This document shows positions 18,388-28,031 of a DNA stretch of 64,000 nt, piece by piece. The notes under the pieces are model-generated. The model was given only the letters and a program-made list of their open reading frames with translations, was not told the DNA's origin and did not search any database. The translations under genes were made by a program, and so were the position numbers. Numbering within the stretch: position 1 is the first letter of the stretch; each line of letters begins with the position of its first letter. This stretch comes from Myxococcota bacterium (GTDB lineage: Bacteria; Myxococcota_A; UBA796; UBA2385), in assembly GCA_044344255.1 (NCBI GenBank), contig JBIJDH010000003.1:160001-224000 (forward strand), given 5' to 3'.

Positions 18388-19971
18388 GTGCCCGTGCCCC
18401 ACCGCCGAAGGCTCTCACTCTTCACCCTGGCATCGCGCGATCCCCGGCTCCTCATCGGGGCCGTGTGGCTGGGCGTGGCCGAGATGGGGTGCCAGGACTA
18501 CGGCATCAACAAGAGCGCCGATGATCCCGACGCCGCGCCCGACCTGCGCGTGGATCCCAACATCGTGGACTTTGGCGGGGTCAGCTGGGACGGCAGCGTG
18601 ACCACGGTGTTGAGCCTGCGCAATGAGGGTACGGCCACCCTGATCATCGACACGATGAGCCCGAGCGCTCCCTTCTCGTTGCTGCCCGTCGAGCTCCCGC
18701 TCTCGATCGGGGTCGGCGCGGGGGTCGAGGTCGAGCTGGTCTATGAGCCGGTCACCGACGAGGATGACGGCTTCCTCACCATCGAGAGCAATGATCGTGT
18801 GGCGCCGGTGCTCGACGTCCCGTTGCGCGGAGGCGGTCTTTACCCTGATCTCGTCATCGACCCGGAGGCGGCCGACCTCGGGCCGGTCTACCGATGCCAC
18901 GAGACCCTCCTCCCCGTGACCCTCCGAAACGTCGGTGACGTCGCGCTCGTCGTCTCGGCCATCTCCCAGACCGGAGAGGGTTGGTCACTCGACAGCGGGC
19001 CGGTGCTCCCCACCTCGATCGCCGCGGGCGGCTCGCTGGAGGTGGTGGTGGCCTACCAGCCCACCGGCGATCGGGAGCAGCCGGGTACGCTCTTCGTCGA
19101 GTCGAACGATCGTTACGGCACCGAGAGCGCCGACTGGACCGCGTTCGGCGACGGCTTCGCCTCCGACGAGCGCAGCGAGACCTGGCGGCAGCCCGAGGGG
19201 CCCTTCACCGTCGTCGACCTGCTCTTCTTCGTCGATCAGTCCTCCTCGATGGACGACGACCGCGAGCGCCTCCGCGACAACTTCGGCGGCCTCGTCGAGC
19301 GGCTCGACGCATCCGGCGTGAGCTGGCAGGCCATGGTCGCCACCGATGATGACGGCTGCTCGAACAGCGGCATCCTCCGCGCCGGCGATCCCGACGCCGT
19401 CGCCGCCTTCCAGGAGGCCGTCGTGGGGCCCTGGGGCTGGTACACCGAGGCCGGGCTGGAGGTGGCCCGGGCCGGACTCGCCGAGAGCGCGGGGGGCTGT
19501 AACGACGGCTTCTTACGCCCCGAGAGCAAGCCGCTCCTGGTGATGGTCTCCGATGAGGCAGACCAATCACCCGCCGGATGGGGGTTCACGGTCGGCGAGA
19601 TCGAGGCGCTCGCCCCGGGTGCCATGGTCGTGAGCATCGTGGGCGACGTCCCCGATGGATGCTCCACCGCCACCCCTGGCACGGGGTATTACGACGCCAG
19701 CATGTCGACGGGCGGGAGCGTGCACTCCATCTGCTCCCTCGACTGGACGGACACCTTCGAGGACATCGCGTCCCTGCTGGTGGGAGGCGGCTCTGACACC
19801 TTCCCGCTCGCCGATCCGCCCGATCCCGACACGATCATCGTCCAGGTGGACGACCTTCGAACCAGCGCCTGGACCTACGACGCCGCCGCCAACGCGGTGA
19901 TCATGGATGAACAGCCGGCCGCGGGAGCCTGGATCGAGATCGAATACAGCCTGTCCGCGGAGTGCCCCTGA
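18388..19971 (+). CDS. Probable lipoprotein with two Ig-like (choice-of-anchor D) domains and VWA domain
   Basis: GCQDY after a hydrophobic stretch; two LRNxG..ESND repeats; DLLFFVDQSSSM (DxSxS MIDAS); GFLRPES..VSDEADQS; WTYDAAANAV. Start uncertain. Confidence 0.7.
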   Translation: MPVPHRRRLSLFTLASRDPRLLIGAVWLGVAEMGCQDYGINKSADDPDAAPDLRVDPNIVDFGGVSWDGSVTTVLSLRNEGTATLIIDTMSPSAPFSLLPVELPLSIGVGAGVEVELVYEPVTDEDDGFLTIESNDRVAPVLDVPLRGGGLYPDLVIDPEAADLGPVYRCHETLLPVTLRNVGDVALVVSAISQTGEGWSLDSGPVLPTSIAAGGSLEVVVAYQPTGDREQPGTLFVESNDRYGTESADWTAFGDGFASDERSETWRQPEGPFTVVDLLFFVDQSSSMDDDRERLRDNFGGLVERLDASGVSWQAMVATDDDGCSNSGILRAGDPDAVAAFQEAVVGPWGWYTEAGLEVARAGLAESAGGCNDGFLRPESKPLLVMVSDEADQSPAGWGFTVGEIEALAPGAMVVSIVGDVPDGCSTATPGTGYYDASMSTGGSVHSICSLDWTDTFEDIASLLVGGGSDTFPLADPPDPDTIIVQVDDLRTSAWTYDAAANAVIMDEQPAAGAWIEIEYSLSAECP

Positions 19972-20002
19972 GCTGACCCTTGTGCTCGCCGGCCCGCAAC
20001 CG

Positions 20003-20821
20003 TCACAGATCCTCGAGCAAGGTCCCACGGCCGCCTTGGATGAATTCCCGGAGGTAGCGGAAGTCTGCGGAGCGCGCCTCCTCGGGGGTGCCGACGAAGG
20101 CGATCTTCTTATTGTAGACCATCGCCAGTCGGTTTGTGACCGTGAACACGGTGTCCATGTCGTGGGTGACCACCACGCTCGTCACCCCAAGCCGCTCCTG
20201 GAGCGAGAGGATGAGGGTGTTGATGCGCCGCACGTTGATGGGGTCGAGGCCGGTGGTGGGCTCGTCGTAGAGGATCACCTCCGGCTGGATGGCGATGGCC
20301 CGCGCCAGCCCGACCCGCTTGCGCATGCCGCCGGAGAGCTCGGACGGCTTGAGGCGCTGCACGCCGGGGAGGTCGACCATCTCCAGCACTTCGGCCACTC
20401 GGTCGTCCATCTCCTTGGGCGTGCCCCACTTGTGCTCGACCAGCGGATACTTGATGTTCTCGGCCACGGACATGGAGTCAAAGAGGGCGGCGCCTTGGAA
20501 CAGCATCGCCACCCGGCTCCGCACCCCGAGGAGCTCCTTCTCCTTCATCTGGGTGACGTCCTCGCCGAAGCAGACGATGCTGCCGGCGTCTGAGCGCATC
20601 AGCCCGATGAGGAGCTTCAGCATCACGCTCTTGCCGACGCCGGAGCCGCCGATGATCGTCAGCGTCTCGCCGGGGTAGATGTCGAGGTCGAGCCCGTCGT
20701 AGACGACCTTCGACTTGAAGGCCTTCTTCACCCCGCGAAATTCGATGATCGGCGCGTGCGGCTCGGGCGCCGGGGGCGGAGAGACGGGGACGTGCGGCTC
20801 GTTCGGGGTCTGTTCAGGCAT
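20003..20821 (-). CDS. mlaF: MlaF/Mkl-family ABC ATP-binding protein
   Basis: GGSGVGKS, FQGAALFDSM, LSGGMRKRVGLARA, YDEPTTGLDP. Start re-called to MPEQTP. Confidence 0.9.
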   Translation of the reverse strand: MPEQTPNEPHVPVSPPPAPEPHAPIIEFRGVKKAFKSKVVYDGLDLDIYPGETLTIIGGSGVGKSVMLKLLIGLMRSDAGSIVCFGEDVTQMKEKELLGVRSRVAMLFQGAALFDSMSVAENIKYPLVEHKWGTPKEMDDRVAEVLEMVDLPGVQRLKPSELSGGMRKRVGLARAIAIQPEVILYDEPTTGLDPINVRRINTLILSLQERLGVTSVVVTHDMDTVFTVTNRLAMVYNKKIAFVGTPEEARSADFRYLREFIQGGRGTLLEDL

Positions 20822-21572
20822 AGACGGCCATGAGCGCGGTGCTGAGCAGGAAGTCAGTGACGAGGAGCGTGATCGAGACGTAGACGACGGTGGCGGTGGT
20901 CGCGCGGCCCACACCCTCGGTGCCGCCCGTCGTGCGCATCCCGTTCCAGCAGGCGATGAGCGAGATGATGGCGCCGAAGAACAGGCTCTTGATGACGCCG
21001 TGCATGAAGTCGCCGACCTCGATGGTCTCGTTGAGCTGCTGGATGGCGAAGCGGAAGGTCACCCCGACCTTGACCATGGTCATCAGGATGCCGCCCGCGC
21101 AGCCGACCACGTCGGCGAGCACCGTGAGCAGCGGGATGGAGATCGCCATGGCGACGAGGCGGGGAACGACGAGCTTGCGGACGGGGTCGGCGCCCAGCGC
21201 GCGGATGGCGTCGATCTGCTCGGTGACGGCCATCGAGCCGATCTCTGCGGTGAAGCCGGCCCCGACCCGACCGCCCACGAGCAGGGAGGTGAGCACCGGG
21301 CCGAGCTCCCGCACGATCCCGAGCGCCACCAGCTTCCCGGTGTAGAGGGAGGCGCCGAAGGGGGCGAGGCCCCAGGCGAACTGGCTGGCCATCACCATGC
21401 CGGTGAAGGCGGCGGTGAGCACCGCGATGGACCAGGAGTCCACCCCGCCCTGTTCGAGCTGAACGAGGATCAGGCGAAATTCCAGCGGCGGGCGGAACAA
21501 GGCCCGCACCGACCGGCCGAGCAGCAGCCAGATCTGACCGAAGGCCAACAGGAATTCGTTGTGGGCGAACAC
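20814..21572 (-). CDS. mlaE: MlaE-family ABC permease
   Basis: RELGPVLTSLLVGGRVGAGFTAEIGSMAVTEQIDA; GVGRATT. Confidence 0.92.
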   Translation of the reverse strand: MFAHNEFLLAFGQIWLLLGRSVRALFRPPLEFRLILVQLEQGGVDSWSIAVLTAAFTGMVMASQFAWGLAPFGASLYTGKLVALGIVRELGPVLTSLLVGGRVGAGFTAEIGSMAVTEQIDAIRALGADPVRKLVVPRLVAMAISIPLLTVLADVVGCAGGILMTMVKVGVTFRFAIQQLNETIEVGDFMHGVIKSLFFGAIISLIACWNGMRTTGGTEGVGRATTATVVYVSITLLVTDFLLSTALMAVYA

Positions 21573-21575
21573 GCC

Positions 21576-22103
21576 TCAGCCCCCCCGGGTTCGAAAGCCG
21601 GCGAGCACCGACTCGAAGTCGGACCAGCCCTTGTCGAAGGTGACAGGTGGCGCGATGTAGAGGAGGTCGTAGGTGCAGGCGTCCTTCTTGGTCGTCGCCG
21701 CGCCGACGCGCACCGCGACTCCGTCGAGGGCGCCGTCCCAGACGCCGAGGAGGCCCTCGCGCTCGGACAGGGTCAGGGGCTCCTGGCGCAGCGGCTCACC
21801 CTGGGCGATGCCGAAGGTGAGGTGGGTGAGGAGCGCGGTCAGCTCGCTGTCTTCGTACCGTTCGAGGCAGTTGGAGTCGCCGTAGATGGTCGCCGAGAGG
21901 GAGGCGTTCCACCAAGCGCGGTCGGCGCCGCCGGGGGCCACTCGGCTCCAGCCGGGGCCGGGCTCCCCGAGCTCGTAGGCGCCCTCCAGGCGGGCGCTCT
22001 TCCGACCCGCGCAGCCGGCGGCTGGGAGGCCGAGCGCTGCCAGGAGCAGGAGGGCGCCTTGGACGGGGTGTGGTGCCCGGAAGGACAGGGTTGGTCTGTT
22101 CAT
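21576..22103 (-). CDS. Hypothetical lipoprotein
   Basis: Lipobox AAGC; overlaps the ABC ATPase stop and ends 3 nt before mlaE; two further Cys. Confidence 0.65.
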   Translation of the reverse strand: MNRPTLSFRAPHPVQGALLLLAALGLPAAGCAGRKSARLEGAYELGEPGPGWSRVAPGGADRAWWNASLSATIYGDSNCLERYEDSELTALLTHLTFGIAQGEPLRQEPLTLSEREGLLGVWDGALDGVAVRVGAATTKKDACTYDLLYIAPPVTFDKGWSDFESVLAGFRTRGG

Positions 22104-22873
22104 GCATCCCCTCCAGACGCGGTTCGCTCGCTGTCTTGACTCGCGTCTTCTTCCGTGATCTGCAGAAAGACCTGCTCGAGGTCAGCCCCCCCTCGCTCGC
22201 TGAGCAGCTCGGCGACGCTGCCCATGGCCACCAGCCGGCCTCGGTAGAGGATGCCCACTCGATCGCAGACCTCCTGAGCGGTCACGAGGGAGTGGGTGGA
22301 GAGGAAGACCGTCCGCCCGGACTCGGAGATGGAGCGGAAGCGCGCCTTGATCTGGCGAGCGCCGGAGGGATCGAGGCCGACCATCGGCTCGTCTACGATG
22401 AGCAGGCGGGGTTCGTGGAGCAGGGCGGCTGACAGCACCAGCCGCTGCTTCATGCCGTGCGAGTAGGCCTCGATGAGCTCATCCGCCCGCGACAACAGCC
22501 CGTTCTCGCGGAGGAGGCGGTCACCGCGGGCGCGGACCTCGTCGTCGGGGATCTGGTAGACGCCCCCGACGAACTGGAGGAATTCTCGGGCCGTGAGCTT
22601 GTCGTAGAGGTAGGGGCGGTCTGGAATGTAACCGACCCGACGTTTGCTCTCGATCGGCTCGGCGGCGATGTCTACGCCGTCGATCACGATGCGGCCGGTC
22701 GTGGGCGGGAGGACGCCGGCCAGCATCCGGATGGTGGTGGTCTTCCCCGCGCCGTTCGGGCCCAGGAAGCCGAACACTTCGCCGGGGCGTACGTGGAGGT
22801 TCAGCGGATGGACCGCCTGAAAGGCGCCGTATCGCTTCTCCACTGCCTCAACCCGGATCACCGGCGCCTCCAT
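22100..22873 (-). CDS. ABC-2-type ATP-binding protein
   Basis: GPNGAGKTT, YSHGMKQR, VDEPMVGLDP, STH. Confidence 0.92.
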   Translation of the reverse strand: MEAPVIRVEAVEKRYGAFQAVHPLNLHVRPGEVFGFLGPNGAGKTTTIRMLAGVLPPTTGRIVIDGVDIAAEPIESKRRVGYIPDRPYLYDKLTAREFLQFVGGVYQIPDDEVRARGDRLLRENGLLSRADELIEAYSHGMKQRLVLSAALLHEPRLLIVDEPMVGLDPSGARQIKARFRSISESGRTVFLSTHSLVTAQEVCDRVGILYRGRLVAMGSVAELLSERGGADLEQVFLQITEEDASQDSERTASGGDA

Positions 22874-22927
22874 CCTGGTGCAGGTAGCACGTTCCCCGTG
22901 GGGTCGCCCCGAAGCGGCGGCCGAAGC

Positions 22928-24412
22928 TCAGGGCTCCTCCACGAGGGCGAAGCCGAGGCGGCCCATCACGGCCATGATCTCTACCTGCCGGTCGAGGTCC
23001 CCCTCCACCAGCTTTACGTGGGTGGCGTCGGCGGGGAGCTGACCAAAGGTGGGGTCGACCGGCACCCAGTCGGTCGGGCCTCCGAGCCGGACCTCGGGCC
23101 AGGCATGGTAGTAGAAGGCGGGCTGATTCCCCATTCTGTCGGACCACACGACCCCGGCCGCGATCCGGGCCGGGATGCCGGCGGCGCGGGCGAGCGAGAC
23201 AAAGAGGGCGGTGTGCTCATTGCAGTCGCCCCGGGCCTCACGGAGCACCTCCAGGCCGTTGGGGACACCGAGCGTGGGCACCTTCTCGACATAGCGGTAG
23301 ACGAAGTCGACGAGGCGGCGGACCGCGGTGAGGCGGTCGGTGGCGTCGCCGATGACCTCGGCGGCGCGGATGCGGAGCTCGGGGTGGGAGGCGGGCAGCG
23401 TGAGGGTGGACACCAGCCACTGGGGGTCGCTGTCGTCGCGCACCGGGAGCGTCGGGAGCTCGTCCAGCGCGGGGATCTTGATCCGCACGATGTCGTCGGT
23501 GATCGTCTGCAGCGGGGGAGCGCTCCAGACCCGCGATGGCTCGACCCCCTTGATGCGGAGGGTGAGGCGATGTCGCTCCCGGGCGCCCTTCAGCCTCCCT
23601 TCGAGCTGTACCGCGGAGAGGCCGATGAGGTCGGTGGGTTCGGCGGAGGTGGGGATGTCCCGCGCGTCCTCGGGCGTCATCCGCACGAGGCTCAGGCCAA
23701 GAGGGGTCTCCTCGCGCAGCGCCTCCCCGGTGGGGGTCACGAGGGCCCGGGTGGTGGTGCCGCCGTGGCTGGTGCTGAGCCAGTAGGCCTCTTCGCCGTT
23801 GTCGAGGATCACCAGGTCGTCGACCCGGATCTCCATCTGGTCCTCCTTCAGGATCAGGGGATCGAAGTAGGGGACCGAGAAGCGGAGCCCCGGGGTGAGC
23901 GCGGTCCGCCGCAGCACCGCCTCCAGGGAGAGGCTCACCTGCGGGGGGGCGGAGGTGGCGAAGTCGACCGTGTTGGTCTCACCGGCTTGCGTGACCTCCA
24001 TGCTGATGTGGCTGCCCTCGACCTTGGCTCGCGCGCTGATGCGGGTGTCGCCGGAGGCCATGAACGAGTCGAAACGAAGCAGCGCGCCCGCGGGGTCGAC
24101 GAGCGCGGCGCTGGCGGTCACCACCTCGTTGATCTTGCCGAAGGTGACGATGCGAAAGCTCGATCGCTCCTCGAAGAGGGTGCCGCCGCCCGACACCGGC
24201 GACGAGCGGGTGACCGAGTAGCCGACGTGCTGATCCTGGAGGAAGAAGCCGTACCAACGCTCGAGCGATGGGCCTGTGGCGAGCGCCGCGCCGTCCAAGG
24301 GGACGAGCTCGCCGTCTTGATCTCCGGACCACAGCATCCCGGCCGCGAGCAGCACGAACAGGATCGCGGCGCTGATCTCGACCGCCAGCAGCGAAGTTGG
24401 GTGTCGTCGCAC
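22928..24412 (-). CDS. Membrane-anchored transglutaminase-like protein
   Basis: N-terminal TM; GDCNEH, YYHAWPEV, WVPVDPT (Cys-His-Asp triad). Start re-called to GTG 24412. Confidence 0.82.
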   Translation of the reverse strand: MRRHPTSLLAVEISAAILFVLLAAGMLWSGDQDGELVPLDGAALATGPSLERWYGFFLQDQHVGYSVTRSSPVSGGGTLFEERSSFRIVTFGKINEVVTASAALVDPAGALLRFDSFMASGDTRISARAKVEGSHISMEVTQAGETNTVDFATSAPPQVSLSLEAVLRRTALTPGLRFSVPYFDPLILKEDQMEIRVDDLVILDNGEEAYWLSTSHGGTTTRALVTPTGEALREETPLGLSLVRMTPEDARDIPTSAEPTDLIGLSAVQLEGRLKGARERHRLTLRIKGVEPSRVWSAPPLQTITDDIVRIKIPALDELPTLPVRDDSDPQWLVSTLTLPASHPELRIRAAEVIGDATDRLTAVRRLVDFVYRYVEKVPTLGVPNGLEVLREARGDCNEHTALFVSLARAAGIPARIAAGVVWSDRMGNQPAFYYHAWPEVRLGGPTDWVPVDPTFGQLPADATHVKLVEGDLDRQVEIMAVMGRLGFALVEEP

Positions 24413-24536
24413 GCAGATCCCGAGCCTTGGAGCGGGCGGTGGCGGGTGGCGTCCGCCAAGCGGCTTGGAGGGACGGGAAGGGCTAACATGAGGCACACCG
24501 TCGCCGGGTTGGGTCGGGCGCGCGCGGAGCACACAC

Positions 24537-25802
24537 GTGAAGATCTCAGCCTGGGGCGCCACGGACGTTGGACAGACTCGAAAGGTGAACGAGGACACCT
24601 TCCTTCTGGTGCCGGAGCTTGGCTTGGCTGCGGTCGCCGACGGCATGGGCGGCTTCGCGCGGGGGGACGTCGCCTCTCAGCTCGCGTGCAACGTCCTCCG
24701 CGAGTCGGTCACCGCGCACCGCAGCGTGCTGGAGCTCTTTCGGCGGAGCCCCACCGACGCCACACGGGGTGCCGTTCGCGCGATGTTGGAGACGGCGATC
24801 CAGCACGCATGTGAGGAGGTCCACCAGGCCGCGGTGGCGATCACGGGCGAAGGGGGCAGGATGGGCACCACGATGGACGCCCTGCTCATCATCGAGGGCA
24901 CCGCCTTCCTGGCCCACGTCGGCGACGGGCGGGTCTTCCTGCTGCGCGGCCTCGAGGCCCACCAGCTCACCGAAGACCACAGCCTCGTCCAAGAGCAGCT
25001 CCGAGACGGCACGCTCTCCCCGGAGGGGGCGAGGAAGGCCCGGAACCGGAACGTCATCACCCGCGCCCTCGGGGTCTTCCCCTCGGTGAACGTCGATACC
25101 CTCCACTTCGAGCTGGAGCTGGGCGACCGGATGCTCCTGTGCAGCGATGGACTGCATCGGTATGTCGGCCTGCGGGAGGTCGCGCTCACCCTGAGCGGGA
25201 CGGTCGAGGGGGCCACCGCCACAGAGCTCGTCCAGACGGCCAACGGTCGCGGCGGACGCGACAACATCACCGCCCTCGTGCTGCGGGTGGATGAGAAGCT
25301 GGGGGCCGAGGCGCTCTCCTCCAATCGCGCGCACCTGAACATGCTGCGACGGGTCGACCTCTTTCAATACTGTACTTCTCGCGAGCTCACGCACATCTGC
25401 CAGATCGCCAGTGAGCGGCGACCGCTCGCCGGCAGCGTGCTCTTTCGAGAAGGCGAGGCGGGGAGGGAGTGCTTCTTCGTCGCCTCGGGCTCGGTCGCGA
25501 TCGACAAGGCCGAGGTGCGCCTCGCGACGATGCGCTCCGGAGACTACTTCGGTGAGATGAGCCTGATCGACATGCCCCAGCGCTCGGCGGACGCCGTGGT
25601 CCTCGAAGACTCCGTGGTGTTGGTCATCCACCGTGATCGTTTACTGCAGCTCCTCAAGGAGGACAGTGATCTCGGCGTGAAGCTGATGTGGCAGCTCCTC
25701 CAGAAGCTCTCCCGCGTCGTCCGGAGCTCAAACGAGAAGCTCGTGGCGGAGACCGTTCCCTTCGAACCCTTGGATGGAGACTCCGTCGACTCCGTTGATT
25801 GA
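24537..25802 (+). CDS. PP2C/PPM Ser/Thr phosphatase with C-terminal cyclic-nucleotide-binding domain
   Basis: RKVNED, ADGMGG, MGTT, CSDGL, GRDNIT; then LFREGE..GDYFGEMSLID..RSADA. Confidence 0.88.
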   Translation: MKISAWGATDVGQTRKVNEDTFLLVPELGLAAVADGMGGFARGDVASQLACNVLRESVTAHRSVLELFRRSPTDATRGAVRAMLETAIQHACEEVHQAAVAITGEGGRMGTTMDALLIIEGTAFLAHVGDGRVFLLRGLEAHQLTEDHSLVQEQLRDGTLSPEGARKARNRNVITRALGVFPSVNVDTLHFELELGDRMLLCSDGLHRYVGLREVALTLSGTVEGATATELVQTANGRGGRDNITALVLRVDEKLGAEALSSNRAHLNMLRRVDLFQYCTSRELTHICQIASERRPLAGSVLFREGEAGRECFFVASGSVAIDKAEVRLATMRSGDYFGEMSLIDMPQRSADAVVLEDSVVLVIHRDRLLQLLKEDSDLGVKLMWQLLQKLSRVVRSSNEKLVAETVPFEPLDGDSVDSVD

Positions 25803-25825
25803 GGAGGTCACAGTCTAAGCGACTC

Positions 25826-25888
25826 GGGAGTCGAGGGGGGGGGAGTCGAGGGGGGGGGAGTCGAGGGGGGGGGAGTCGAGGGGAGGGA
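25826..25888. repeat. Four tandem 15-bp G-rich units (GGGAGTCGAGGGGGG)
   Basis: Read directly; three G9 runs separated by AGTCGA; lies between convergent stop codons. Confidence 0.9.
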
Positions 25889-25897
25889 GCGGCCTCG

Positions 25898-26764
25898 TCA
25901 GTACAGGCTGCTCGGGAAACGATCGCTGCGGAACTCGCCGAAGATCGGGATGCCCTGCTTACATTGGTCGTAGGAGAGCCAGATGTAGTGGGCTTTCCCC
26001 TTGATCGCGCGCAAGGGAACAAGCCCCCAGAAGCGACTGTCGGCGGAGTGGTCTCGATTGTCGCCCATCACAAAGATGTGGTCGTCGGGGATGGTCTTCG
26101 GGCCGTAGTCGGGGACGTGCTCGCCGTAGCTGGAGGAGACGAGCATGGAGTGTTTCATGTCGCCGAGCGACTCTTCGAGGCGCCGCGTGGGGTTCTCGCG
26201 GCAGCCCGGCGCGTCGATGAAGGTGTAGTCGTCTTCGTACCGCTGCTCCTGCGCGACGCCGTTGATGTAGAGCACGTTGCTCTTCACCTGGATGGTGTCG
26301 CCGGGGAGGCCGACCACCCGCTTTACGTAGTCGAGGGTGGCGGTGCCCGGAATGGTGACCGGCAAGCCGAGCCCATGGAGGTCAATCGAGGGGAAGGGGA
26401 GATCGACCCAGTAGGAGATTCCCTTGGGATCGTCCTCAGGAGGGTAGACGAAGACGACGATGTCACCACGGGCCGGCACCTTGAGATCGCTCAAGGGGAC
26501 GCGGGTGAGGGGGATGCGGAAGCCATAGGAGAACTTGGTGACCAAGATGTGGTCGCCGATCTGCAGGGTGGGCACCATCGAGCCGGAGGGGATCCGGAAG
26601 GGTTCGGCCAGCACCGAGCGGATCAGCAGCACGGTCAAGAGGGCGGGGCCCCAGGTCTTGACGAGGTCCCAGACCCAGTCGAGGAAGCGTCTCCCGGCGC
26701 CTCGGTCATCTGAGGTGTCGAGATCGTCATCGTCTTCGGAGGGACGGTTGTTGTTTTCGGCCAC
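25898..26764 (-). CDS. lepB: Signal peptidase I
   Basis: EPFRIPSGSMVPTL, DYVKRVVGLPGD, MGDNRDHSADSRFWG. Confidence 0.95.
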   Translation of the reverse strand: MAENNNRPSEDDDDLDTSDDRGAGRRFLDWVWDLVKTWGPALLTVLLIRSVLAEPFRIPSGSMVPTLQIGDHILVTKFSYGFRIPLTRVPLSDLKVPARGDIVVFVYPPEDDPKGISYWVDLPFPSIDLHGLGLPVTIPGTATLDYVKRVVGLPGDTIQVKSNVLYINGVAQEQRYEDDYTFIDAPGCRENPTRRLEESLGDMKHSMLVSSSYGEHVPDYGPKTIPDDHIFVMGDNRDHSADSRFWGLVPLRAIKGKAHYIWLSYDQCKQGIPIFGEFRSDRFPSSLY

Positions 26765-26972
26765 CCTGCTTCTCCCTGCCTGTGCTGCGCTCGGCCCCTG
26801 GCCGGGCCGAGCCCGGTAACCGACGGCACGCGCCTGTGGGGATCCTCAACTTCACATCGGCCCGTCCGCTCGAGGCGCCCTCGGATGGCGGCAGCGGAGA
26901 GACGGCCGGCCAGCTAACCCGGGGTGGCAGGATTACCCTCCATGGGTAGGGGTGTCCGAACCGGGAGCGAGC

Positions 26973-27584
26973 ATGGGGATGCGAAGATTGGAGGCGCTGT
27001 TCCGCGAAGGTGAGGTCCCCGACGCCACCGCTGCTGACCCGCTCCTCGTCGCCCCCTCCGAGGTCCACGTGGCCTCCGCGGTCGCCGTGGTGTTTCGACC
27101 GGGAGGAGAGCTGTTGTTCATCCGACGGGCCGATCGGGTCGGAGATCCCTGGAGCGGTCACATGGCCTTCCCCGGTGGGAAGGCCGAGCCGGGCGACGAG
27201 TCCCTCCGGCACACCGCAGAGCGGGAGGCGCTGGAGGAGGTGGGGCTCGCGCTTGGGCGGGGCGGGCGCTTCCTGGGCCGCCTCCCCAGCTTGGTCACCC
27301 CCCTCCGGATCGCAGGACGGCGCCATCGCGTCACCCCTTTCGTGTACACGCTGGACGACCACCCATCTCTCCTCCCCAACGCCGAGGTGGCCTCCGTCCA
27401 TTGGTTCCATCTCGACCGGCTGGTCCGTGGAGAGGGGCGTGGGACGATGCGCTACCCGTTTGGGGGCGCGGAGGTGGAGCTGCCGGTGGTCGAGATCGAA
27501 GGCACGCGCATCTGGGGGCTCACCCTTCGAATGGTGGACGACCTCTTGGAGCGGCTCGCCGAGGGGCGCTCAGGTTCAAAGTGA
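26973..27584 (+). CDS. Nudix CoA pyrophosphatase
   Basis: WSGHMAFPGG plus Nudix box GKAEPGDESLRHTAEREALEEVG; IWGLT. Confidence 0.85.
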   Translation: MGMRRLEALFREGEVPDATAADPLLVAPSEVHVASAVAVVFRPGGELLFIRRADRVGDPWSGHMAFPGGKAEPGDESLRHTAEREALEEVGLALGRGGRFLGRLPSLVTPLRIAGRRHRVTPFVYTLDDHPSLLPNAEVASVHWFHLDRLVRGEGRGTMRYPFGGAEVELPVVEIEGTRIWGLTLRMVDDLLERLAEGRSGSK

Positions 27585-27617
27585 GCTAGGCTGCGACGAT
27601 CACCCCCGGGGCCCCTC

Positions 27618-27992
27618 ATGTCCTCCCTTGAGATGATGGATGAGTCCGCCGACCCCGCCGAGATCGAGGCAGAGGCCACGACGGCGATCTGGTGTGGGAT
27701 GGGCGGGCTGGTCTGCGCCTCCCTCTCCCCCTTCGCCTGTTACCTCCCGGCCTTCATCGGCGTCGGGTTGGCCGGTTACGGCGTGTGGAAGTCGTGGAGC
27801 GTGCAGCAGCGTCTGCCGGCGGAGGACTCCCCGGTTCGAACGCTCTCCAACGTGGGGATGGTCGCTGGGGGCGTGGGCTTCCTGCTCGCCGGTCTGTACT
27901 GCGCCATCATCCTGTTTGTGATCATCGTGTATGGTCTGATGTTCCTGTTCATGATGTTCGCAGGGGCGCTCGGCGTCGCTGGCGTCCACTAG
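27618..27992 (+). CDS. Small membrane protein (DUF4190-like)
   Basis: Two to three hydrophobic segments; fills the gap after the Nudix gene. Confidence 0.55.
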   Translation: MSSLEMMDESADPAEIEAEATTAIWCGMGGLVCASLSPFACYLPAFIGVGLAGYGVWKSWSVQQRLPAEDSPVRTLSNVGMVAGGVGFLLAGLYCAIILFVIIVYGLMFLFMMFAGALGVAGVH

Positions 27993-28031
27993 CGGCCGGC
28001 ATCGTCCCTTCGCGACGATCGACGACGGGGC

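Noticed and set aside
25799..26713. ORF starting with GSRGG repeats
   Set aside because: It is a translation of the intergenic G-rich repeat running antisense through lepB.
26765..26972. GC-rich hairpins in the lepB/Nudix intergenic region as ncRNA or riboswitch (also 30189-30436 and 47975-48087)
   Set aside because: No recognisable conserved RNA motif; such pairing is expected at this GC content. An Rfam/Infernal scan would be needed.
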